Shown here one piece after another: positions 8,872 through 17,056 of a DNA stretch of 64,000 nucleotides. The stretch comes from an uncultured Gammaproteobacteria bacterium (lineage in GTDB: Bacteria > Patescibacteriota > Microgenomatia > CAYXHB01 > CAZYTL01): assembly GCA_964650355.1 (NCBI GenBank), contig CAZYTL010000008.1, positions 89 to 64,088 of the forward strand, written 5' to 3'. Below the pieces are notes generated by a model, which ran no database searches, was not told the DNA's origin, and saw only the letters and a list, made by a program, of their open reading frames with translations. Made by a program: the position numbers and the translations under genes. Position 1 is the first letter of the stretch. Every line of letters starts with the position of its first letter.

Positions 8872-9843
8872 CTAAGATTCCCTTTCCTGCCCACCGTAAA
8901 ATACAAAATCTTTAGGTGAGAGTTTAGGCGTCACCCTGGTTTCCACTCCTTGAGATTGACCATTAAGCATCGCGAGTATCATATCCCGTGCTACCAGTCT
9001 GGGTAAGGTAGCGCCACCCATTGGGAGCTGAATCATGTTATAAAATGCTTCGTCATCGATGTTCTTTTTAATCCTAGCTCCATTGAGAAACAGCCACATT
9101 GAAGTCTCTGTATCATCAATGATAGCTCCACTAAGGATTTCACAAAATCTGATGTCGCCGGCTTTTGCTTTTTTAATACAATATTCCAGCATTGCAAATT
9201 TAGCTGCCCCAATGGAATCAACGTATTTATTCAAAACTCTTTCAAACAAAGGACCCACATCAGGAGATACACTTTGCAGACCTTCCGTTATCCTTCTCTG
9301 GTTTTCTTCTTTACTGAAGTGGCCTGGGTAACTATTAGTGGTGAGCACAAGTAGGGGTGACAAATCAGGATACTTTTGTCTTTCCTCCACTGCTGCATCT
9401 AAAATGTTTTTGGGGGTAACGAAGCCAATATTGCGAGCAACCTGTTCGCCCTCGCGCATCCCGCCTGCGGCACAAAAGGCGAGAATTCCTACTGGATATG
9501 TTAGTAGTTCCGGCTGAAATAGTCTCTTTATTTCATCTCTGGTCAGCGGTTCGCTAAAATCCGCTTGAACCGGAAATACAAAAGGTGGCAACTGATCTTT
9601 ATTCTCAAGGTTGCCTAAGGCTAGTGGATAGCGGCTATGATACTGAACAATTAGCGGAGTGTCTCCGTCGCCATATTCAATCAACGCTCTCATCGCTTCT
9701 CCCACAGCTATGCCTACCGGAAGTCCGCTCGCGCCGAAGAACGCTGTGCCATTGGCATTTTTCAGGGACAGGGCTAACATTTGCCGCTCCTGGACGGAAA
9801 GATCTAAACCAGGGATCAATCTCTGTTCCGGACCTCTGATCAT
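8872..9843 (-). CDS. hypothetical protein, weak SDR/Rossmann-like features
   Basis: FFGASGLPVG glycine-rich start, VQADFS, FCAAGGM; start codon uncertain. Confidence 0.5.
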   Translation of the reverse strand: MIRGPEQRLIPGLDLSVQERQMLALSLKNANGTAFFGASGLPVGIAVGEAMRALIEYGDGDTPLIVQYHSRYPLALGNLENKDQLPPFVFPVQADFSEPLTRDEIKRLFQPELLTYPVGILAFCAAGGMREGEQVARNIGFVTPKNILDAAVEERQKYPDLSPLLVLTTNSYPGHFSKEENQRRITEGLQSVSPDVGPLFERVLNKYVDSIGAAKFAMLEYCIKKAKAGDIRFCEILSGAIIDDTETSMWLFLNGARIKKNIDDEAFYNMIQLPMGGATLPRLVARDMILAMLNGQSQGVETRVTPKLSPKDFVFYGGQERES

Positions 9844-9941
9844 AATTGATAAAAGTTTACCATAATTCCTCTGTCCTGAATGGTGGTTAATATCGAGTTG
9901 GTTTGGGTATATACTATTCTTTGTGGGCAAAAAGGATGATT

Positions 9942-11063
9942 ATGGCTATAAAAACACAACTTTTAAGAACTTTATACCGGTTGCTCGGTAGACCCTGCTT
10001 TTTCCTTATCGACCCAGAGACGATTCACGACCTGATTACCCGGTTGGGATATGGGTTGGGCAGTAACCAGATGCTCAGATCGTTAACCAAATGGAGTTTT
10101 GATTATCAGCATCCGAGTTTGGAACAAACTGTTTGCGGGATGAGATTCCGCAACCCGATTGGGCTGTCAGCCGGATTTGATAAAGACGCTAACTTGGTGC
10201 AGGTATTGCCGGCGGTGGGATTCGGGTATATGCAGGTGGGCACGGTGACGGCAGACCCGTATAAAGGCAACCCCAAGCCCAGATTGTACAGGCTGCCTAA
10301 ATCACAAGCACTGGTGGTTTATTACGGACTGAAAAATATCGGGGCAAAGAAAATTATTGAGAAGATGAAAAAATACCAAGTTAAACGGTTTCCTTTAAGT
10401 ATCTCAATCGGTAAAACAAATAGCTCCAAGACTGCCAAGCAAAAAGCAGGAATTAATGACTATTTTGAATGTCTGGAAATGTTTGCTAAGGCTGAAATCG
10501 GGGATTTTTACACGATTAACATTTCCTGCCCCAATACTTTTGGAGGAGAGCCGTTTACCACCCCGGAATCGCTAGAGTCCTTATTAAAAAAACTCACCAG
10601 TCTGAAAATTAACCGACCCGTATTCCTGAAAATGCCTATTAATCTGCCCTGGCCCAAATTCAAAAAACTTGTGGATGTGGCGGTTAAGTATAAAATAGAC
10701 GGAGTAATTATCGGCAACCTGAATAAAAACCATGGGGACAAAACAGTTATGGATGCGATTCCTGAGAGAGTGAAGGGCGGAATCAGCGGCAAACCCACTT
10801 GGAAGTTGTCAAATGAACTGATCTCTCAAACCTACAAACATTATGGCAAACGACTCACTATCATTGGCGTGGGAGGGATTTTTTCTGCTGAAGATGCTTA
10901 TGAGAAAATCAGAAGAGGATCGTCTTTGGTGCAGTTGATTACCGGCATGATTTATCAAGGCCCGCAATTGATCGGAGAAATTAATCAAGGCTTGGTGGAA
11001 CTATTAACTAACGACGGGTACGAGAATATTCACCAGGCTATCGGAGCTGACTATAGGAAGTGA
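9942..11063 (+). CDS. pyrD: quinone-dependent dihydroorotate dehydrogenase (class 2)
   Basis: DPETIHD, NPIGLSAGFDKD, GNPKPRLYRL, INISCPNT, GGISG, IIGVGGI, LVQLITGMIYQGP. Confidence 0.92.
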   Translation: MAIKTQLLRTLYRLLGRPCFFLIDPETIHDLITRLGYGLGSNQMLRSLTKWSFDYQHPSLEQTVCGMRFRNPIGLSAGFDKDANLVQVLPAVGFGYMQVGTVTADPYKGNPKPRLYRLPKSQALVVYYGLKNIGAKKIIEKMKKYQVKRFPLSISIGKTNSSKTAKQKAGINDYFECLEMFAKAEIGDFYTINISCPNTFGGEPFTTPESLESLLKKLTSLKINRPVFLKMPINLPWPKFKKLVDVAVKYKIDGVIIGNLNKNHGDKTVMDAIPERVKGGISGKPTWKLSNELISQTYKHYGKRLTIIGVGGIFSAEDAYEKIRRGSSLVQLITGMIYQGPQLIGEINQGLVELLTNDGYENIHQAIGADYRK

Positions 11064-11148
11064 TCTTGTCCGGGTTACTGTTTCAAGAATTTGGTTTGGT
11101 GAGAAGTATGAGTGAGGGATTTTGAGACGAAATGAGGACTATTATTAG

Positions 11149-12237
11149 ATGGAGGCGAAATCATATTTGGCTGCCTATTCGCAAAATGCCGATCAGTTCC
11201 TAGATGAATTTTTTGCCCACAAGACCAGAGAGGCTCGTCAACTTGGCGATTCAGGCAACGGATTGATTAATGTTCCCGAACAGATGATGGTCATGTATCG
11301 GGAATATATGCGGGGAGGAAAGAAGTTAAGAGGCGCGTTAGTGCAATTGGGTTATGAGTGTGGAGGAGGAGCAAATCTGAAGGAAATATTGCCTATTAGC
11401 GTGGCTTTGGAAATCATTCACAGCTTCATTCTCATGCACGATGATGTGATGGATCAGGATGAGTTGCGGCGGGGAATGTATACCTTGCATAAACAATGGG
11501 AAACCATCAGCAAACAAAAATTAGTCTCCCGAGCCAACCACAAGCATCTGGGAGAATCATTGGCCTATACCACCGGAGACGTGGGCGGTTTTTTAGCTAT
11601 GGGTCTGATCGCCAACTCACAGTTATCTCCTGAAAAGAAATTGACAGCTTTTTCGCATTTAAGCAAGTTCTTATTGAAAACCGGTTATGGTCAGGGTTTG
11701 GATGTGGTTTATGAAGTCAGCGAACACGTGGGGGAACGAGATGTGTTACGAGTGCATTTACACAAGAGCGCCCACTATACGATTTCCGGCCCGCTGATCC
11801 TTGGTGGTTTACTGTCAGGTGCCACCCAACAACAATTGGCTGCCATGGAACAGTTCGGAGAAAAAGTGGGGATCGCCTTTCAACTAAGAGATGACGAGTT
11901 AGGTTTGTTAGGCAACGAACAAATTTTAGGAAAGCCCATTGGGTCTGACATTCGGGAGGGGAAAAATACTTTATTAAGGATCAAGGCCATGGAATTGGCC
12001 AACCAGAGACAAAGAAAACGACTGGAAGAGATTTATGGCAGGCAACAGGTGACTGATCAGGAAATTAATTTGGTTAAAGAAATTACGGTTCAGAGCGGAG
12101 CCTTGGATTATTCCCAAAAACTGACTCGCAAATTGACCACTGAAGGTAAACAGACAATTCCGTTAATCACTGCTGATATCCAACTCCAGGATACTTTGGG
12201 ACAGATTGCGGATTTTATTGTGGAAAGGAAAAAGTAA
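11149..12237 (+). CDS. polyprenyl (geranylgeranyl-type) diphosphate synthase
   Basis: GGKKLR, HDDVMD..RRG, GQGLD, KSA, FQLRDD..GK..GSDIREGK. Confidence 0.92.
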   Translation: MEAKSYLAAYSQNADQFLDEFFAHKTREARQLGDSGNGLINVPEQMMVMYREYMRGGKKLRGALVQLGYECGGGANLKEILPISVALEIIHSFILMHDDVMDQDELRRGMYTLHKQWETISKQKLVSRANHKHLGESLAYTTGDVGGFLAMGLIANSQLSPEKKLTAFSHLSKFLLKTGYGQGLDVVYEVSEHVGERDVLRVHLHKSAHYTISGPLILGGLLSGATQQQLAAMEQFGEKVGIAFQLRDDELGLLGNEQILGKPIGSDIREGKNTLLRIKAMELANQRQRKRLEEIYGRQQVTDQEINLVKEITVQSGALDYSQKLTRKLTTEGKQTIPLITADIQLQDTLGQIADFIVERKK

Positions 12238-12261
12238 CTTCCGGCCATTGAGGTGATTTGG

Positions 12262-12984
12262 ATGCCTATGAGTAAACCCGACAAAATTCCCCGCCACGTG
12301 GCCATTATCATGGATGGCAATCGCCGCTGGGCCAAGAAACGCGGACTGCCTGAAGTTGACGGCCATCGCCAGGGAGTAAAGGTGATTAAGCCCATTATCA
12401 GACGGGCGTTTGACTGCGGAGTAGAAGTGATTACTTTTTGGGCTTTTGCCACCAAGAATTTCAAGCGGGATAAGAAATTTTTGAAGGACATCATGGAAGT
12501 TTTTCGGGAAACCCTGGATCGCAGACAATGGTTTGAAGAGATTAAAGATGCCGGAGGAAAGATCAATATTATCGGCGACCCCAAACGATTTCCCAAAGAC
12601 ATTCTTAAGAAGGTTGACCAGTATTTGACTGAAATGCAGCCGAAAAATCCCAAGGGGTTAGTGAATTTTGGCTTGGAATATGAAGGCAGAGACGAAATTG
12701 TGAGAGCGATTAAGAAAATGTATGCCCAGATTGAAAGCGGCGAATTTAAGATTAAGGATTTGACGATTGATACTTTTGTCCAGTTTCTGGATACGGCCGG
12801 AATGCCTGATCCTGATCTGATGATCAGGCCGGGAGGAGAATTGCGGTTGTCAGGATATTTACTGTGGCAGGTTTGTGATGCCGAACTCTACTTCACGGAT
12901 GTACTATGGCCTGACTTTACGGTGGAAGAATTTGATAAAGCTCTGGAAGAATACTCCAGGAGAAATCGGAGGTTTGGTAGATGA
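12262..12984 (+). CDS. uppS: undecaprenyl diphosphate synthase
   Basis: PRHVAIIMDGNRRWAK, PDPDLMIRPGGELRLSGYLLWQ, RNRRFG. Confidence 0.95.
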   Translation: MPMSKPDKIPRHVAIIMDGNRRWAKKRGLPEVDGHRQGVKVIKPIIRRAFDCGVEVITFWAFATKNFKRDKKFLKDIMEVFRETLDRRQWFEEIKDAGGKINIIGDPKRFPKDILKKVDQYLTEMQPKNPKGLVNFGLEYEGRDEIVRAIKKMYAQIESGEFKIKDLTIDTFVQFLDTAGMPDPDLMIRPGGELRLSGYLLWQVCDAELYFTDVLWPDFTVEEFDKALEEYSRRNRRFGR

Positions 12985-12998
12985 CTTGGGATGGTTAT

Positions 12999-14336
12999 TT
13001 AAATTCTTTCTATGGTATAGGTAACGGGTTGGAAGAGAAAAATCGCCGGAACGTCTTCAACTAAATATCTCTGAAAATCAAGATAAATCTCCAGCCGTTC
13101 ATCCTGGTTCAATTCTTTACGACCGTCTTCTAAAAGTTTGTCAATTTTGGGACTCTGGTAATGGGTAATGTTGGTAGACTGAGTTGAATGCCAAAGCACG
13201 TATTGATCCGGATCTTTGGGAACTTCCTGAGTAACCAGGATGGCGTCGAAATTTTCAGGCAGAGAATTAATTACCCGCACTTGAGTGGGCATGCCAAACT
13301 CTGTCCAGTCGTTTGCGATCTGGTCGGCCACGGGCAGAAGCGAAGCCACTGTGGCTAACTGGATGGGTTGAGACTTAGCAGCTTCCAAATCTTCCTCACC
13401 CACTAATTTTTTGGCTCTTTCCTGGTCATAGTCGTAGGGTTTGACATGGGCGTTATAAGCCCAAGAGCTTTCCATGATCGGGGAGATTACCCGCCGAAAC
13501 CCGGCTGATTTGTCTTTAATCGCATACGCCAAAGCTTGGCGAACCGACTTTTGTTTGAATTGAAGGTTATCCATGTTGAAAAACAGGCCCACGTAGCGGT
13601 AAGGATGTTCCTGAGCCGTGGTTTTCACCATGCTCCAATCGGCAAATTCCTGGGCATTGATCAGACCGACAACTTGATTGATTTCTCCTAATTTAAAGGC
13701 AGTTTTGGCAGCTTCTTCCGTGCCATAAAACAGATAGCGTAATTTGGGTAAAGTGCTTCCCTTGCTCACCGGCATCAGGTTAATAGATTTAAAATAGTTG
13801 CCTTCTCTGTGCAAGCGGGTAAATTTATAGGGGCCAATACCCACTAAGTCGTCACGCAGTACGGGAGTCGACACTACAGTAGGAAAAGGAGAAAACGGAT
13901 CCTGAAGTTTGAACTGTAAGTGGTGGTCATCCAAAACTGTGACGGTGACATCCTTAAAATCATATTTGATTTGCGAGGCTTTGATGGGCTGGCCATCTGA
14001 CCAACTGAGCTGGTCATCCAGTTCAAAGGTCCAGATTCTACCTTCGTCGCTTACTTGCCAGCTTTTGGCTAGTCCCGGATAAGGTAAACCCTGCTCGTCG
14101 AGTTGAGTGAGGCCGATGCTTACTTGTTTTAAAATCACCTCGGGGATATCGTTTTGCTGAAAAAGCCCGATTAATCCGATGGTTTGCGTAGGTCGGATTT
14201 TGGGAATGAGGTTGATAATTCTGGGAGTTAACCAGAATCCTGCTACTCCCAGGAAGATGCCAATTAGCAATAAATAAAAGTAACGACGGACAAAAGTATA
14301 AATCAGTCTGGCCGTATAACGCAGTTTACGCCACAT
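12999..14336 (-). CDS. ABC transporter substrate-binding protein, family 5
   Basis: PGLAKSWQVSDEGRIWTF, WSDGQP, GIGPYK, VRQAL, N-terminal TM anchor. Confidence 0.85.
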   Translation of the reverse strand: MWRKLRYTARLIYTFVRRYFYLLLIGIFLGVAGFWLTPRIINLIPKIRPTQTIGLIGLFQQNDIPEVILKQVSIGLTQLDEQGLPYPGLAKSWQVSDEGRIWTFELDDQLSWSDGQPIKASQIKYDFKDVTVTVLDDHHLQFKLQDPFSPFPTVVSTPVLRDDLVGIGPYKFTRLHREGNYFKSINLMPVSKGSTLPKLRYLFYGTEEAAKTAFKLGEINQVVGLINAQEFADWSMVKTTAQEHPYRYVGLFFNMDNLQFKQKSVRQALAYAIKDKSAGFRRVISPIMESSWAYNAHVKPYDYDQERAKKLVGEEDLEAAKSQPIQLATVASLLPVADQIANDWTEFGMPTQVRVINSLPENFDAILVTQEVPKDPDQYVLWHSTQSTNITHYQSPKIDKLLEDGRKELNQDERLEIYLDFQRYLVEDVPAIFLFQPVTYTIERI

Positions 14337-14378
14337 AAAGTTTGGTTTGAGTTAGAGTTAGGGAACTTCGATCAGCAG

Positions 14379-14594
14379 TTAGGTTACTAATACCAAAATA
14401 GAGTTAAGAAAGAACAGAACAGCCAGAATGATGGTTAAGCGGAAGACAAGTTGTTCCACTCCCCTTTTGGAGTGGTAGGCCATGCCTGAGCCACCCCAGG
14501 CTCTACCCAAGCCGGTACCTCTCGCCTGGAGTAGGATGGTAACCGACATTCCTAGCCCAAAGATGATCTGAAGAATTAACAGCCATTCTTTCAT
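14379..14594 (-). CDS. secG: preprotein translocase subunit SecG
   Basis: Two TM helices, ILLQARGTGLG..GG..RGVE. Confidence 0.9.
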   Translation of the reverse strand: MKEWLLILQIIFGLGMSVTILLQARGTGLGRAWGGSGMAYHSKRGVEQLVFRLTIILAVLFFLNSILVLVT

Positions 14595-14684
14595 AGGAGC
14601 TATTATAACAAGAGGAGGAACTGAATATCCAGTTTTCTACCAAATTCAACCAAAGGCAAGAGATCGAGCAAAATCTCCAGGGGG

Positions 14685-15092
14685 CTATTTTCTAACTAAC
14701 CAGATTAACAGGCCTGAAATAACGGAAAGGAAAAAAGATACGGCGATCCAGGCAGTCAGGTGGTTAAGATTGATCTGGGGAATGACCAGCCCGGAATAGG
14801 TGAATTCCTGAATGGTAAATGCTTGTACTTGAATTCCGGATACAAAATGGACTACCAGGTAAAGCAAGGCCACATTGGTTACCCAGCGGAACATGCCAAA
14901 GGTAAGCAGGTTAAGAGGCAAAAGCATGAGGGAGAACAAGGGTTTGACGATGACATTGGCAATGGTTAAGCCGATGCCTGCCTGGGCTAAAGTAAGCAGA
15001 CTGTGGTCCCAAACCAGGCCTTGAGGAAAAAATTGGCTCACAGCATACAGACTGACAGTAGAGATCACAAACATGCGGAGCAGGCGCTTCAT
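14685..15092 (-). CDS. 4-TM phage-holin-4 family (YvlD-like) membrane protein
   Basis: NVIVKP..LPLNLLTFGMF.WV.N signature. Confidence 0.85.
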   Translation of the reverse strand: MKRLLRMFVISTVSLYAVSQFFPQGLVWDHSLLTLAQAGIGLTIANVIVKPLFSLMLLPLNLLTFGMFRWVTNVALLYLVVHFVSGIQVQAFTIQEFTYSGLVIPQINLNHLTAWIAVSFFLSVISGLLIWLVRK

Positions 15093-15121
15093 TAGTTCAA
15101 AATTAACACAAATGGGGTTGG

Positions 15122-15703
15122 TTATTCAATAAGGGATTGGTTTTGGAGGAGCAATTTTTCCAGATCAATTTGGTTAATTTTTTTACCTTGGCGGTCATAA
15201 CAGCTAATCTTTTTGCCTAAAGTTTTGGCTATTTTTACGGTATATAAAGTGCCACCGGATGGCCGGGCCAGAAAAGCCCAGACCTCGTCGGCCATTTGAG
15301 TTAGTCGTCGATTCCTAAGCCGGGAGGCCTGAATGTGATCGGCAATCTGAGAAGCTAGATTGTCGATCAAAGCTGGTTTATTAATTTTAATAACTTGGGA
15401 AACGGACCGTTTTGCTCTGGCTAAACTTTGCTTTAGTTTAGGCGTTAATTTACCGTATTCGGGTTTCCATTGGTAACTCTGCTCAAAGGCATAAGGCAAG
15501 AGCACCTTCAAGTTGTCTAAACCAGGATCCTTTTCCAACAAAGTCTCGATTACAAAAGTATCAACTCCGGTGGCTCCTCCGGTGATAATCAGACAGCCTT
15601 TCTTTAAGGCTTGTTTGGTTTTACTTTTTACTAACTGTTCTAGGATCTCTGCATCTGGCCCGCTGGTTCCGACAATGGCTAAGACTTTTGGAGATGTGGA
15701 CAT
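15122..15703 (-). CDS. SLOG superfamily (DprA/Smf-like) protein
   Basis: AIVGT, ITGGATGVD, RNR..MAD, SGGTLYTV..A..LGK. Confidence 0.75.
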   Translation of the reverse strand: MSTSPKVLAIVGTSGPDAEILEQLVKSKTKQALKKGCLIITGGATGVDTFVIETLLEKDPGLDNLKVLLPYAFEQSYQWKPEYGKLTPKLKQSLARAKRSVSQVIKINKPALIDNLASQIADHIQASRLRNRRLTQMADEVWAFLARPSGGTLYTVKIAKTLGKKISCYDRQGKKINQIDLEKLLLQNQSLIE

Positions 15704-15706
15704 AAG

Positions 15707-17056
15707 CTAGTGATGAATTTTAAGAAGATTTTTCCGGTACTTATTGGCAAAGCGGTGGGCTTCGTCGCGCAGGTGCTGGATCACCTGCAGGGACAGAGAG
15801 GAAACAGATAAGAGTAAGGTGGAATAAGGATGGGTTTTCTGACCGGTGTAGATGATGATTTCCTCCTGTTTTTTGGCCAATCCAATGAGAGGAATGTCCA
15901 GATGGTAAGACTTGAGCACTCCCAAGGCGGCACTAATTTGCGGTTTGCCGCCGTCCACCACGATTAAATCCGGGAGAGGCCAGGAGTCGATATTTCGGGG
16001 TTTCGTTTTGTCGTGGTGTTGGCGTCTAAACCTCCGTTGGAGCATTTCGGCCATCATGGCCACATCATTGGGATGGCCTTCTTTTTTGATTTTAAATCTG
16101 CGGTATTGGGATTTATCAGGTTCTCCCCCGCTGAACACCACCAGCGATCCCGTGGAAAACTGGCCGCTGAGGGTAGAAATGTCGTAAGCTTCGATTCTTT
16201 CCAGTTGATGAACAGCAGGAGAGATTTGGTTCTGGTTTAACACCAGGATTAATTCCTGAAGAGCCTGATGTCTGACTTCCAGCCGGAGATGAGGATTTTC
16301 AATATATTTGAAAGGGGACTGTTGAGGCTGGAGAAGTTGTTGCAAATAGGCGTATCCGTCGCGGTATTCGGCTGCTAATTCGTAATTTTGTGTCCGAGAA
16401 GCATGATTCATTTCCCTTTCAAAGCTCTGTAATACCTTGGGAGCCTCTCCGGACAACAAGCGAGTCAACCAGCGCATCTGTCTGCGATATTGCCGCTTAG
16501 ATTGCCTTTGTTGGGGCGTGTCAAGAGTAAGCACTGTTCGAGGACAAGGTTGGCACAAACCGATTGAAGCATACAAACAGGGTCGTCCCCGATTGCTTTT
16601 ACAGGAGCAATAAGGAAAGATGCGGCGAAGAAATTTGAGCACCTGGCGCACAGTATGAGCTGAAGGAAAGGGACCGAAAATATCTGCCGGACCAATGTCC
16701 TGAGTGCGTCTGACAATCCGCACTTTAGGAAAATCCTCTTTGGTAATGGCAATGTACAGAGGATGTTTGTCGTCTTTGGCAACGGTGTTGAATTTGGGAA
16801 GATATTTTTTGATTAAAGCCGCTTCCAATAAGAGAGCCTCAAATTCGCTGTTGACTTCGATGTGTTCAATCCGGGCAATTTGGGGCAGCAGCAGGGAAAC
16901 TTTGGGCCGGGAATCCTGACCGAGAAAGTAAGATTTTACCCGAGAGCGGAGATCCACGGCTTTGCCCACGTAGAGCACTTGATCCTGGTCATTTTTGAAC
17001 AGGTACACGCCGCAGCTTTTGGGCAATTTTGATACTTGTGAGCGTAATGATGACAC
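15707..17056 (-). CDS. uvrC: excinuclease ABC subunit C
   Basis: GVYLF..YVGKA.DLRSRV GIY-YIG, RIEAYDIS, YRRFKI, PDLIVVDGGKPQ, LRDEAHRFA; no C-terminal HhH domain. Confidence 0.95.
   Translation of the reverse strand: MSSLRSQVSKLPKSCGVYLFKNDQDQVLYVGKAVDLRSRVKSYFLGQDSRPKVSLLLPQIARIEHIEVNSEFEALLLEAALIKKYLPKFNTVAKDDKHPLYIAITKEDFPKVRIVRRTQDIGPADIFGPFPSAHTVRQVLKFLRRIFPYCSCKSNRGRPCLYASIGLCQPCPRTVLTLDTPQQRQSKRQYRRQMRWLTRLLSGEAPKVLQSFEREMNHASRTQNYELAAEYRDGYAYLQQLLQPQQSPFKYIENPHLRLEVRHQALQELILVLNQNQISPAVHQLERIEAYDISTLSGQFSTGSLVVFSGGEPDKSQYRRFKIKKEGHPNDVAMMAEMLQRRFRRQHHDKTKPRNIDSWPLPDLIVVDGGKPQISAALGVLKSYHLDIPLIGLAKKQEEIIIYTGQKTHPYSTLLLSVSSLSLQVIQHLRDEAHRFANKYRKNLLKIHH

Noticed and set aside
14685-15092. 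Holin-family gene as evidence of a prophage
   Set aside because: This family is usually chromosomal, it sits beside secG, and no phage genes are nearby
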